A DNA stretch of 64,000 bases. Origin: Camelus ferus (lineage: Eukaryota). The notes below the pieces were generated by a model. It did no database searches, was not told the DNA's origin, and was given only the letters and a program-made list of their open reading frames with translations. Of this stretch, positions 12,281-25,752 are shown in pieces. The stretch spans positions 2,606,001-2,670,000 of the forward strand of contig NC_045698.1 in assembly GCF_009834535.1 (NCBI RefSeq). The letters run 5' to 3'. Positions within the stretch are counted from its first letter, which is position 1; the number at the start of each line of letters is the position of its first letter. The translations under genes were made by a program, and so were the position numbers.

Positions 12281-15200
12281 GGGGTTCCAGTGCATTCGCC
12301 ATGCGAGTGCCTGAATTCAAACACAGAATTACAGCGTGGCTCCTGAGTGCGTGTCCCGCTGGCCCCGGAAGGCTGCTTCCTGTGACCCAGAGTCCTGCAG
12401 CCTGACGTGGCTTCTCAGGGAAACATGCCTGCTCAGCACAAGCCATCTGGTCAATACGTTAATGGTGTGAATCGATGAGAAAGATTTGGGAGAGATCTTA
12501 ATTAAAGAAACAACTGCTAATACAAATTATGTTTCCGATGTATCGATGGAGTGGAGGGGAGGGTGCCGGTGGGCAGAGGTGAGAGTAATCCATGGGGAGG
12601 GGGCACTGGGCCTCCATCACGTCTGGTGTTTGTTCCCAAACAGACGAGAGGTGACGATTGAATTGATCAGGGTGAGCGCAGACAGCACATCCACACCACG
12701 GCAGAGTCTCCGGTAGATTTATAATTGGTTCCCCCATCTTTTCCCTCTTCAAGTGTTCATCAGTGACTCAGAATTCTCTTTCCCTTTGTTTCAAAACTTA
12801 GACATTCATTTAGGCAGTCTAATCTCCTAAAATAGCCAAATAATAAAGTAAGTTTATAATATGACTTGAAAAAGCGCATTTTAGTCCTCCCATCATTATG
12901 TGATAATGGTTTTCTCAATGAGCCAAACAAATGTGTCATTGAGAAGATTCATAAACCTTTGCTATTCGTACGAGAGCCTGTTCCAAGTTGAACCTGCACA
13001 TCCAAGTGAAAACGATGCGCTCGTCGGAAAGAAAAGAAGATTTAAAAATTGACAGCGTAAACAAAGTGAAACAAAAAGTGGTGCGGAGTCGGGTGGAGAG
13101 AGAAGGGGACCAACCAGGACCAGGGGCACGGGCTGGGGGCGGTGAGGGAAGGCGAAGGAAAAGAGGCGGGCGTAGCAGAAAGTCCTCTGTCCTCTGGCAG
13201 GACACCACTGCCATCTCAAGTCGATAGCCAGAGTCCCCAGGTGGTTTCCTGGTTTAAACAGGCATCCGTCTGTGATGTCAGCAGTATTCAGCAGAGAGTT
13301 AATGGACCTTCAAAGATCAATATGCAAACCTGCCCATTGCAACTTCTGAAAACCCACTCCTCCAACAGCTTCTGCTGTCCAGAAGGAGCAGCCGATGTTA
13401 AATAACCCATTTTTAAGCCCCGCACAGAGAGGCACAGATGCTACGGTGAGAAGTATTTCTCTTCCTCTTGGTTCTTTAATGTGGGAAAGATGGTCTTCCC
13501 TTGGAGGCTGGAGAGGGATCATAAGGGCAGCTCGGTGGTCGCCGTGCCCTGCTGTTTGTCTTACTTCCGGGTCAGGGTTTTAACAAAGTCACGACCGTCC
13601 CCTCCCTGGAGACATTGTCATGTAGAGCTGTGCAGGCACGAGAGCTGGGAATGCAGGTCTGAGCTGAGATTTTCCAGCCACTGTGAGGCACCACCCTTGT
13701 TTGGACAAGGGGCTTAGGAACCCACCGAATAGAGCATGAGTTCAGAAAAAAAATTTTTTTTAATTTGTAGGAAAGGCACTGTGACTTAGAAGATGTTAAT
13801 GACAATATAGCTCTGATTATCAGTTAAATCATATTGACCTTAAGGCAGGGACAGTAGCAGAAAGTTAGGATGGATTCATGTGACTTTATGTTGATACTAA
13901 ATGCGTGCAGTCAGGTGCTCTGTCACTGGTTACTCCAGAAGGCCACGCGGTGCTTATTGTGAAGATATTACGGGAGAGCGAACAGTCTCCGCCCAGCCAC
14001 AGACTGGCACGGAGGAAATGGGGACCTGACGCTGTATTTAAGCCATATTTTACTTCCGCTTCTTCCTTGAGGAATTAAGGGAAATGAATCTGAGATAGGA
14101 GTATAGCAACCGTTCCCATATTTTGCTGTTCGTTCAAGGATGGGCTCAAGTTCATTTCTTTGTTTGATAGAAAAACAGAAGGGCTACTGAGCCTCCGCTC
14201 CGTGGTTTTTGTGTTGCTGGTTCACTGTGCAAATGAGAAGCTGAGAGGGAGCGCTTGCTGGTTGCTCTTTGTAAGTCCGCGTGCACACCAGGGCGCGTCT
14301 CCATGTGGACCTGAGAGCTGGAGGGTAGACTCCACCTGCTTGATATACTGGAAGGAGAAACCTTTGTTCCTAAGGAAAAGCATATACTTTAGATACACAA
14401 ATGTAACATGCTTTGTATATTTACGACTCGAATACACTCAGTGGGTCTCTTCTTTCACCGAGATTTAGGTCCAAGTTATGCAGGAAGCTCCTCAGCTCCC
14501 AACCCAGCAAGATGTACAAGCTGTTGCAACCTGTTAAATAACACAGACCCGTGAACACTCAGACTCAGCGTCTAAAGCCGGTGCCTCTTCCGCGTGCCTG
14601 GAATGGGACGCGTGCTTGAATACTCTCCCACCTGAGGTCTGTCGGCAGCAGGGATGGGTTGAAGATTTGAAAATGAAGGTTTGGAACTGATCCAGTCAAG
14701 CCAAGCCTCCTTCCTTCTTACTTCATTGCTTCCCATGATGGGAAATCACACGCTCTCCAAAATGACATTTGAACACATGGGTAATGAAGTTCGAATGTGA
14801 ATATATAAATTTCGATTGGTTAGGCTCATGAGTTTGACAAGCACGTTACCTCTCCGTGGAAGCTCCCTCTGTGACGGTACCCAGTAAACCACGGCACTTG
14901 AGGGCACAGCACCTGAACGCTGGCGTCCTCTTTCTCTTTAACTCAGCCCGCAATGGCCTTAGGAGGTAATGAAGGGCCTTGACACAGCCCGGACATGCTC
15001 AGGGCAGCGCTGGTGATGCCCCCATCCTTTCCTTGGTAACCCTAGGACCTCAGATCTCCCAACCCAGAGGGAAGGAGTGGCCAAGTGCGCATGGTATTCG
15101 GGGTTAAACTGTTTAACGGGAATAACCACTCTCATCACACCTAAACCTCATGCCCATATTTCAAACTTAGAAATGGCATTTCATGCATAAACATTGTCAG

Positions 15201-15519
15201 CTAGAGGAGGCAGCTTTCAATACATTCACATGGTTTCTGTTGCTTTCAACATTCAGCTTGAAATTTAGCAGAAGAAATAAACATTCATTGATCCTTGAAA
15301 ATAAGTCAGCACTGATCTTTTCAGTGCATGGGGAGGGAAGTGGGATGGTAGATACATGAGGGTGCTGGCACTCCTGGGAGGCTCAGGACCTTGAAGAAAG
15401 ATGCCTGTGAGTGTTATGCTGCTGTTTTGTATTTCAAATCTGCAGCAGCTGAGGACCCAGCTTGGCTACAGCCTGTGAATCAGTCATCTGGACCCACCCG
15501 ATCTGGATGTCTCTAGAGT

Positions 15520-15680
15520 CCAAGGCAATGAGGCTCTGGACAGAAAAACCCAAGCCCCGTCTTCATTTCCAGTTCTGCCATGAACATGGAATGTGGAGTT
15601 GGACAAATCATTTCATTTTTTAAAGTCCCAAAATCCCACTATTTAAAATGAGCATAATGGTCATAATTGCTATCAGCATG
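15520..15680 (+). mobile_element. MIR core fragment
   Basis: 'aggctctgga...tccagttctgcca...ttggacaaatcattt...ctatttaaaatgagcataat'. Confidence 0.6.
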
Positions 15681-17019
15681 TTCCATAAAGAAAATGTGTT
15701 TACTCTTATATTAGTACAGAAGTCATAGCTGTAATTTACGTGTGTATATACATAAACACACACATACCATGTTACGGTCTTTATAAGAAATATATCATTT
15801 AAATGCAAATTGCTATTACTGTTTTGTAAATAATTCAAGAATGAATAATGGCTGTCATAGGAAAAATATATATCTTTCTCTCCTGCATTTCATAACTTGC
15901 GATAATTAAGGTGTGTATGTAATTTGTGTTTACGCTGGATGATTCTTTTTCTTATGATTTCTGTTATTAAATACAAACTGCAATTTGGCATGGGTTAATT
16001 GGATGATAATTTATTTCAGACGCTTGAATCCTGGAAGTGCCGTCACGGAGACCAGCTGCAGGTTCTAGACGGAACAGCAAACAAGCAATGAGGCCGCACA
16101 GATACACGGGAGAGCTGTGATGACCTGTGGCGTGAAATTCATCTACCGTGTCGGGCTGGAAAGAGTGACAGGTAGGTTTTTCAAAACTCAGCTCTTCGTG
16201 GGTATCCCACCTGGGTGATTTCCCCATGGTTTGAGTTGAGTGCGAGGGTGGCCAGGTTAGGGAGTCTGAGATCTGTCTCCACCACTGCAGGGCAGGAGCA
16301 CATATCAGGATCAGAGCTGACCGATCAGTTGATCACTGATCAATAAACAAATGCATATGAGGGAAACCCACCATCAGATTCGTTTAAATAAAACCATATA
16401 ACTAGCTTGGCGTCTCACCAATGGCAGAAAAAGGTGCCTGGAGTCCATGCTGAAGAGGCTGCATTGACAGCTTCCCTCTCAGGAGGACCCGGCTGAAACC
16501 CACGCAGGCCAGGGACGGAGCTGGTCCCCACTAACCAAACCCTTTTCCCTCCGTGACAGCTTGGTGGACTTGCTCTGCTCTGAATTCATAGAAGAGGGCC
16601 CAGGACAGCATGGTTTCTGTGCAATGATACGTATTTTGTACCCTCATTCTTCTTCCCATAAGAAGACGCCTCTGGGCAGAGCGCTCAGAGGCAGGGGCAG
16701 GCCCATTCTTAGGAGAAAGCGAGCATCTCTGGAAGGTCAACACGTGACTCACCCACACTCACACGCACCTCAGAGATGTGGATATGCCTCAGGACACACA
16801 GAGTGCGCCCGAGAGCCATCACCCTTGTGCACCCAGAGGCTGCAGGGTCGCCAGGTGCCGCCGGTGGTCAGGGTGGGAAACTAATGAGCAGTGAAGACCG
16901 GGACACAGCCTCTGCCAGAGAGCCGGCTCGCGTCCAAGTGCGGTCATGACAGGACGACAGCAAACAGCGCTGCCCTGTGGGGGTGCGGAGATCCAGGCCT
17001 CCACTGTGGGGTGTGGTCC

Positions 17020-17130
17020 TTACGAGTCCTACAAGCAGCTCAGTTTCAGGTGAGGAAACCCAGGCTGAGGTAGGGGACGTGGTCAAGGTCACCGGGCATC
17101 TTGCAGGAGGTTGTGGGTCACATAACCATT
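17020..17130 (-). mobile_element. MIR core fragment
   Basis: 'tttcaggtgaggaaacccaggctgag...ggtcaaggtcac'. Confidence 0.6.
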
Positions 17131-20100
17131 TCCTGAAGGGGGAGCTCAATTTCATTACCAATTCAGTGGATTCGTCACAGTTTTTAAGAAACCTGCAGAA
17201 ACACTAAGAAATATTGTCTAGGGTGTTGATTCAGTTAAAATACACACTTGCAACAAATACATACACATGCACAAAATCCCCCCAATAAAACAGCAAATTG
17301 CTTTTTACCTCATTTCAATGGATAAAAGTGAACAAGGAGATATGTGTGTCAGCCATCATCTGAAAAAAGCATTTCTACCCTTTGCATCTTTTTTAAGCCC
17401 CTGAAAAGAGAGTTCAAGTGTGTCTTTAATGTTTTTATTTTATAAAGAAAATATTGAGTTGAAGCTTTTAATGAGGATGCCTTAATACCAGTGTATCACC
17501 TACCAACTGCCAGTGGAAGAGGCAGAATGTGAGAGAGATTTCCAGAGAAAACTTCCCCCAGCCCCCTGCCAAGGGGTCCACACACGACAAAGCAAGTGGC
17601 CTGGAAGAGGGGACGGTGGCACAGGCTCTGGACACAGAGGAGGTGGTGTGAGGATGGAGTGGTTTCCCAGCCAGCGAGGCCCCGGTGCCAGCTCCCAGTG
17701 CTCTGCAGCCTGGGACCCCAAAGCCACACGAGCTTTCACCCAAGGGCACCCCTGCCTGGAGGTGTCCCCAGAGCACAGGCGGATGCAGCCAGACACACAC
17801 GGGGGCTGGAGTCTCCTGTTGAAAGCTGCTGCCCTATGAGGACGCCGCTGCTCTGTGCACCCTCCGTGAGGTTTCCGTGGCTTCTGCTGGAGCGGGGCGA
17901 TGTGCCCCAGGTCCCAGCGGGGAGGACAGGATTCAACTGTTTGGTCCCTGCTGTTTGACCCTGTGGACGCCCTAGGCTTCCTCAGCTCTGAGCCCCGACT
18001 TGGAAGCAGATGTCCAAGGGTCCCTTCCACGCATGTCACGGTGTCAGCCAAGCCAGCAACGTAGGATGCGTGGCTTCTACTCAGAGACAGTCAGTTTCTA
18101 CCCAGGACACCCCCAGGCGATGGGGAGTGCCCAGGTGACGCTGCGGGTGGTGCCCCCACGCTTCAGGAGGGACGGCACGTTTCATGGCGGAGCTCCTGAC
18201 CACGTGACAGCTGCTTCTGCGAGGTGCAGGTGTCAGATATTCCATCCACTCCTTCCTCTCCTTTCTCATCCTGTTCTGTCCCATCTCATCCCATCCAATC
18301 CCATTCTACTTCAGTACTTGTTTTAATTCTATCTCTTTCTCACCTTTTGGTCTTTTAAACCACTAGTAAAACCCCAACCGTGGGCGGCAGAGATGAGGGC
18401 ATTTTAGTGGCTCAGCTCTGGGTGGGCCGTGGGTGGAGCCCTGAGTGTGCAGGGCTGGGGAAGACCAGCAGGTGCTGGGGGACCCTTCACTGTCCTCTCC
18501 TCTCCACGCGGATGGGATGCCCAGGCCCACAGGTGGGGGTGCTCTCTGCAGCGGTGGCCTGTACTGGGGGAGCATCTGATGGTCACACACTGAGCACTTC
18601 TGAGCACACAGCGCCTTCGGGTCCGTGATGTCCTGTAACCACTGTTCTGATGCCTTTTCCTGCAGGTGTGTTTTCTGTATCAAGTGTTGGGGTGGGGTGG
18701 GGTTCCTAATAAAAATGACGACCTCAATAAAGAACAAATCACCCTTTTTTACCTGCACATGTGATTGTGTCCCCTGGTGAGACAATTCCTTCTGTGACAC
18801 CTGTCTGACCAGTGGACTAGCTTTGGGCGCAGTCTGACATGAGTGAAGGGAAGGGGGAAAACCGTTCACGTTAGCGTGGCAAGGGCGGCGCATTCAGGTC
18901 ATTTCTTGTGAACTTTCTCGTTCTGCTTGTGGATTTTCCAAGTGAATTTCAGGAGCGAGACAGTGGTGCACGTCTTACTTCAACGTTCAGACTGAGAAGT
19001 GGCAAACGCTTGTTCATCTGGAGTGAAACTCCATCCTTCAGCATTTAAAGTGCGTGCTGGGATGAAGCCTGGACGGCAAAGGGACGGCGAAATGGGACAA
19101 GTCACAAAACGGCGGCGTCTGTCTTGCATGGGCGTCCTCTGAAATAAAGTGGTCGGTGGTTTTCCAGCAGCGTTTCGAATGTGTGCCTTCTGCATCCCAG
19201 GACTGTCGTCTCCTTGGAGCCGGGGCTCGGCGTGTGGCCCGTCCTGTGAGAATAGCACCTCTGTGTTAGACAAGGGGCTGAGCGCGTCAGGGGGCATGAA
19301 GAGCGGGGCCCCACCACGTCGCTCCAGAGACAGCGGGGCGTGCAGGGACCTGGGCCGGCACCTCACAGCTACTTCCCGTGCGATGTTTTCATTAGTAGCC
19401 ATTCCACGTCTCTCCCAGTCAAAGCCCGATCGCGTTTTTCTGGTGGTTGTAAACAGATGGGTGAAAGAGGAAGATGTTTAAAATGACCAGAAGACCTCCT
19501 CTCACTCGCAAAATCTTACGACGATACGGCTGCAAACCACTTCCTACCTTTGAATTCGCTCTCTAGGGAGAGAAAGAAAAAAAAAAAAAGAACTCCAACT
19601 CCAACTATGTCTTGCATCTTCTTACAGGAACTAATAACGTTTTGGCCAGCTCAGATATTAACTTCAGACTTGCTTCATTCCCAAAGCGGCTGGAAACTTC
19701 CTCAGGAAATAGCTCCCATGGACGCTTCAATTTACAATAAGATACGGAAACTCCTCGATATTACAAACAGAAAAAGCCCTTTGGTTCTTCCTGGGCATGA
19801 GAGGAGGGCCTGTTCAGGGGCAAAGCCAGCAGGACAGGGAATGGAGCTGTCCTGGCTTGGCCCGGGCCGCTCAGCCTGCCTGGACAACCCTCTGCTAGAA
19901 ACTAGGGAATTCAACCAGCCGCACGTGAGAACCAGGTCACCGCAGGCCGCCCCGTCCCGTGGTGGCGCCGGCAGGAGGGGAGCCCCAGCAGCGTGGTGCC
20001 CGGGGCCCCTGTGGACGCTGCCCTTACCCAGGGGCCATCGCCTCCGCACACGCCTGGCTGTGGCCGCAGCTGCTGGCTGGGGCCGAGCTCCGAGCTCCCT

Positions 20101-20849
20101 GGGACCCTGCGCCCGGGCAGGTGGGCCTCTTGAGTTTCAGCTCAGCCTTTGACTTCCCTCATGGTGTCACTCCTCAGAGTCACGCCTGGAGGGAGGTGGC
20201 CGGGCTGCTGGGAGCTGTGCTCGGACGGGTGACAGGCTCGCTCCACACTGATCACCCATCACCGTGTGGGCGGGGACTGACCCTGGAGGCGTCCGCAGGT
20301 CAGGACGTGAACAAGGGCCAAGGCCTCGAGGGGGAAAACCCGGCCAGGGACGCCGGCACACCCTCGGCACCCTTAGTGTGTGCGGGGGCCACGCACAGCA
20401 CACGTGGGGCCACGCTCCTGTCCAGAGCAAGCAGCCTCTGCTGTGTTCTTGGATAACCTCCACGAGAGGAAACGCTCCGGCGGGACGCCCACCAAGCTGC
20501 CGCCCTGGAAAAGGCCGATGGTGACCCCGGGATCCCACAGCGTCCACGGCTTTGAAAGTGACGCGTCGGCAAAGCGAGAACGTCCCTCCAGGAAGCGGGC
20601 GCCGCCGCCTCCCGCACAGTCAGCACCCACCCCCCCCAAATCAGCTGCAGCCAAGTGCCTGGGAGAGGCCTGATAAAACCTCAGGCACAGAAGTCGGGAT
20701 GAGGCCTGGGTACAATTTTTTTTTCAGACAACCAGATCATTCAAAATTATGGCAATCGACACTGAGGAGGGAGAAAAATGGTGATACGCTTAGCAGAAAG
20801 CACATAATGCCTCGCGTCTCGATAACGAATATCTCCACGACTGTTTCTG

Positions 20850-21260
20850 TTTAAAGCTAATAAAAGTAAACATGAGACATCTCCGTCCTTTCCTATCAAA
20901 TTTATTACTTTGAGCGACAAAATGACAAAATGATTAGCAGTTAATAAGGCCTTGGCTTAAAAGATTGACTGACACTGCATTACTCATTTAATTTCCGCTT
21001 CTCTGAGCGTTTTTTTCCTCTTCCTTCCAGCACAGGGGAATTAATATTATCACATCAAAGGCTTTCCTTTAAATGGGGAGAAAAATCATTTAAAAGGACA
21101 CAGACTGTGATTATTCAAACTGGGTTATTTGCACCTTGTGTATATAACAGTATCATGGTACAACTTCATTTCACTCAAATTGCTGTCAGTCACTAATAGA
21201 AGGAATTTGCTCCCTTTTATCAGCCCCATTGCGTGGCGGCAGGCGGGGGAGGGGTGTCGA
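20850..21260. promoter_or_regulatory. Candidate conserved non-coding element / enhancer
   Basis: Repeat-free AT-rich block within GC-rich flanks. TCF/LEF ACATCAAAG at 21052-21060, several TAAT/ATTA and TGAC(A) motifs. Confidence 0.45.
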
Positions 21261-21499
21261 ACGCGAAATCTGATAAGAAGCCTGTGAACGTGGAGCCTGG
21301 CCTGGACCACGTGACGGAAGACTGACTTCCAGACTAGCGCGCGGGATGTAAATTCTTCCGCTGCCGTCTCTCTCTCTTTTTATTTTTTTATTTTTTGCTT
21401 CTTCCTACTCTTTGTGTCTCCTCCATTCCCCAGTTTCTCTTGAGAACGGCGCCCCCAGAGGGATCAGTACCAGCCCCCTGGGATGCAGGATGCAGTGAC

Positions 21500-21680
21500 A
21501 CGACGCAGCTTAAGGATGTGACTTCCTCTCCTTCCGAGCCTCGGCAGACAGGTTCTACCAGGGCTGATTTAACACTGAAGGAAGGACGTCATCCTCCCAC
21601 AGAGGTGCCGTGAAGTTACGAGTGAGCGACCCAGTGCTTGGCCCAGGTACCAGCCGAAGATCTACGAGCATTTAGGCCTT
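21500..21680 (+). mobile_element. Degraded MIR
   Basis: 'tccttccgagcctcgg...cctcccacagaggtgccgtgaagttacgagtgag...agtgcttggcccaggtacc'. Confidence 0.45.
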
Positions 21681-22884
21681 GACAGATGGAGACTCTGCCC
21701 CCTAACTGCAACTGTGTGAGAGCGTGTGTGCCAGACAGTTCTCTTGTCAAATGTTTATTCTTCCTTCTCACAAAATGAAGAGGGTGTGTGCTGACCAGGG
21801 AGCGGGGTGGGGGCAGGGTGCAGAGAAACACTGACTCCCGCGTGAAAGATGGAGCCTCCGTGCCACGTGTCAGGAGGCAGAGCTTGGTTACCAAGGCTCC
21901 AGGTGGACTAAACCCCGGGCACCCTGGCAATCAAGCGAGATCGGAGCAGAGCGCCCCGTGCCAAAAGGATGGAAGACAAGCCTTGTTAATTCAAGAAACC
22001 GCAGAGGGGAATTGGCCTAGGCCCTGGTGAATATCAGGGCTGCGCATTGTGCCAACGAGATAAATTTCCCCTCCCCGGCTCCGACACACGGGCCACTGAC
22101 AAGACACCGCTGTGCCGGCTTCATTAAAATGTCTAACTCATAGGAAATTTTAAAAATTTATAACGCTTCCTACGGATGCTGGGGTCAAGTTCAACGGGCA
22201 GGAAAAAAACTGGTCAAATAGCTCAGGGAATTATTCACCGATTACAATTTCAACAAGTTAGCATTTTTAACAAAAATTAAGACCACCATAATTATCTTTG
22301 GGATTATAACAGTAAATCACAGAAATAGACCAAAATTATTTCCTTCCTGGTACCGACCTCCATGCCGGAGAGGCAGTGTGCTGAGGGGATGACTCGTGCT
22401 GGCCGCCCGCTTTTAACTGGATGTTATTCAAATGATGCCTGAAAATTCAGCGGGACGTCTGCCAAGACCACGACGGCAGAGGGTGCCTCCTGAGCAGCAC
22501 TAGAGTCTCCCGTGAGGAGATGGAGCTGTGGTTCGTGTTCCACGGGACTTTCCTCCTTTCTTCTGGTTACTAATACTGCCTGGAAAAAAAGTGCCTTCCC
22601 ACGGGGACCTGTATTTTCCTTGATGGATTCACCTTCTTTAGGCCTGTGACCACTTCCCTGGGATGTGTACATGCCAAGTGGTGCTTGTTTAAGTAGCACA
22701 ATATTTGTTTAACGTACACCTGGCACAGCCATGCCCTGCTTCCAGGTCCCCCAACCACCTTCCTTGTTGAACCAAGTGCCTAACGGGACCGCAATCGTCA
22801 GGCTGGTCTGAGGCAGACCCCAGGGGTCACGGAAGACGGAGCCCGGTCTCAGCGCACAACGACTCTGTTCCTGAAGCCTCTCCG

Positions 22885-23940
22885 AGGGTTGTTATCCAAA
22901 ACATACGAGACACTTACAACTTGATGAGAAACAAAAAGGAGCCCAGCTGAAAAATAGACAAGAGACTGGAACAGATCTTTCTCTGAAGAAGACAGCAAAC
23001 GGCTGCCGGCACGCGGAGCAGGGCTCACCGCCACGGTCCCCTGGGAAATGCAAATCGAAGCCACAATGAGAGACCACCTTCCACCTGTTAGAGTGCTTGT
23101 TATTAAGGAAAAAAAGCGAACAAGAGTTGGTGAGAGTGTGGAGAAAAGGAAGTCTTTGTAGACAGTTGGTGGGGATGTAAGATGGTGCGTATGTTGGAAA
23201 CTAGTATAGATGTTCCTCGAAAAATTGACAACAGAGCTACCCTATGAGCCAACGTACTTACCCAAAACAATTGAAATCAGGCTCTCAAAGAGACGCATGC
23301 AGTCCTATGTCCGTTGCAGAATTACCCCCAATAATGCAGTGATATGGAAATGACACAAACACTCACCGGTGGCTGGCTACGTGAAACGCGGTGTCTGTAT
23401 ACCACGGAGCCTTACTCAGCCTTAAGCAGAAAGGAAGTCCTAACACGGGCAACAACACGGGCAGTCCTGGAGGGCACGCTGCTGAGCGCAGTAAGCCAGT
23501 CTCAGAAGGACACTTACTGCACCATTCCACTTCTGTGACAAATCTGACAGTCAGACTCGCAGAAGCCGAGAGCGGAGTCCCGTCTGCGAGGGGCAGGGGG
23601 ACGGAGCACGGGCAGCTGGGGTTCAGCGGGTACAGAGCTTCCATTACCAAAGACGAACACATTATAGGCATCTGGCCAGTGGTTAATGACACTGTGTTAC
23701 ATACTTACGTTTGTGAAGAGCGTGGATCTCCTGTTACGTCTGCTTGCCACCAAAACAGAACAAAACAAAATAACAAAGGAGACACACAAAAACCTTTGGA
23801 GGTGATGCGTACATTTATTACCTTGATTGTGGTGATGGCTTCAGGGCTGTCTTCAATTGTCCAAACTCATCAAGTTGTGTACTTGAAATGCGTGCCGTGC
23901 TTTATACATCTCTTAGATGCCAAGAAAGCTGCTGAATAGA
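22885..23940 (+). mobile_element. L1MA10/L1MB-like 3' fragment, GC-shifted
   Basis: 'gggaaatgcaaatcgaagccacaatgagagaccacc' and 'ttggtggggatgtaagatggtg'. 3' UTR is 'aacctttggaggtgatg...taccttgattgtggtgatgg...tccaaactcatcaagttgt'. Confidence 0.9.
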
Positions 23941-24714
23941 ACAAATTCCTTCAATTCACTTGTGGCCCACGTGCCTTTAGTGATACTTGAAGTTACCACT
24001 ATTTCTGTTTCAAAGGTAATCATTTCTGGAGAGGCAGTAATCCATAATTTCAATCATAATAATTTAAATAAAATTCAATTTAATCCTCATCAAAAATGTG
24101 GTATCCAGAGTTCTAAAATACACATATATCCTTTACAAATATACTGAAATTCTTGACCAACTATCAACTTAGCTTTTATTAAGATTTAGGACACAAGTAT
24201 ATGACATCTGTTTATTGTGATATAAATCATGTGTTCTCCAAAGATGTCAAGAACGTGCTGTAATATTTAATCAGTACTTAAAATGAAGTGAGGACTGTAG
24301 TCTGGTCCAAATGGTGCCAAGGAAATCACATTCCCCAGAGAAGAGAAGGTGCCGTTACAATCAGCCGCTTGCCGCCCATCCACGTTCAGTGTCCACGTAC
24401 CGTGTCTGTAAGGCTCAGGACAGTGAAATAACCAAGGCGCGTGGAAAAGAAGGAATGAAAGGAAATCATAGCGTTCACATTTTGAATAAAGCAGAGTGAA
24501 GCTTCCCCAAGTGATAAAGTCTTAAAGGCACGAGGCGGCAGTGCCCGGGGTCACCTGGCCCTGCGCTTTGCTCTTGGCTGGGGCAGTGGTGGGCCGAGGC
24601 TGCTCCTTACTCAGGGCTGAGGGCAGCGGTCGACGAGACAGTGAGGAAGTGAGCCGTCACCGGGCATCACTCCCAGAAGCAGAGAAGGGTCCTTCGGCTG
24701 CGAACACTGCACTC

Positions 24715-24797
24715 CCTGAAGCAGACAGCCTCCTGGCCAACCTCGAAAGAGCAGGATTTCAGAAATAGAGCTTTACATCCAGATGTAATAAAGTTTA
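24715..24797 (+). repeat. Source copy of an inverted local duplication (partner at 25990-26072)
   Basis: Manual alignment to the reverse complement of 25990-26072 gives 75/83 identical, no gaps. Confidence 0.92.
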
Positions 24798-25049
24798 AAA
24801 TGGTTTAAAATGCATGCATTTTTTGCTTGTTTTCTTACAATAGAGAGAAAATTCTTAATTATCCTGGGTAGTTACTGTAAGGAATAGTTGTCCAAAAATG
24901 ACAGTGTAACTTCAGGACAGCTTAGACGCCTAGGAGCCGTCATGGAGCAGCCCAGAACGTTCCCTGAGCAGGATGGTGGGCACTGGTGCTATTCCTGTGG
25001 CCTTGGCCATTTTCCCCTGAACAGAAGTCACCTCCAAAGGACTAAATTC

Positions 25050-25240
25050 AGCAGTAATGATGACACTCCCCATTTGTGCACCTTTCACAGTTTATTAAAT
25101 ATCTTAAGATGCATTTTCTCAACCAACACTGCTGTCCTTCCATGAAGTCAGACTTGACGACATGGAGCCTTTTTAAGGATACACGGGAGAAGCTTTCTCC
25201 AGAAAGACCCAGGGTGAGCGTGCGAGGCTGGAGGTGGCTG
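25050..25240 (-). mobile_element. Degraded MIR-family fragment
   Basis: 'taatgatgacactcccatttgtgcacctttcacagtttattaaat' resembles an antisense MIR tail. Confidence 0.4.
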
Positions 25241-25752
25241 TGGCCGTCGTAACCTGCCAGGAAGTAAGTCTTGCTGTCACCTCAGTGTTCACGATCTGTC
25301 CTAATAAAAAACCTAAAACTGCATCAGTCTAGAATTCTCTGGGCACAGGATTGGCTCGAATGACCTTGAAAACTAAGAGTTCAGAGAAAAAAAAGCCAAG
25401 CCCAGGAGAATCTGGGTGTTGTTTGGAAAACATACAGACGTGAGAGGTTCTGGGTCGGGAGGTGGTGGAATCTGTGGGGGATGACGGTGGCTGAGAGAGA
25501 ACTGGATGGGGTCTGGGGAACTGGGGGCGTGGGTGGGCCCAGAGCCCCCGACACCATGGCCCACTGAAGCCGTGGCGCTGATCTCCAGGTTGGAATGCGG
25601 TGAAGCGCCGGGCAGAAGAGTGGAGAACGGTGGGCAGGGACTGGCCCAGGAGAGCAAGAAGTTGCAGGGGGCAGTCGCAGCTGAGGGGAGCGCAGAGGGG
25701 GTCGGGGTGGTTTGTTTGCCACAGAAGCTGCTGCAGAGTCTGGGGTTCTCCT

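Noticed and set aside
16323..16341. Small hairpin gatcagt-tgatc-actgatc in a GATC-rich patch
   Set aside because: A 7-bp stem is expected by chance at this window length.
19600..19640. Good splice acceptor tcttgcatcttcttacag within ORF 19550..20152
   Set aside because: There is no matching donor defining a credible coding exon, and the peptide is unrecognisable.
17468..20854. Long overlapping ORFs of 100-200 aa in GC-rich DNA (also at 44-51 kb)
   Set aside because: They are open in many frames on both strands, are Pro/Gly/Arg/Ser-rich, and have no recognisable domain or exon structure. This is expected from stop-codon scarcity at high GC.
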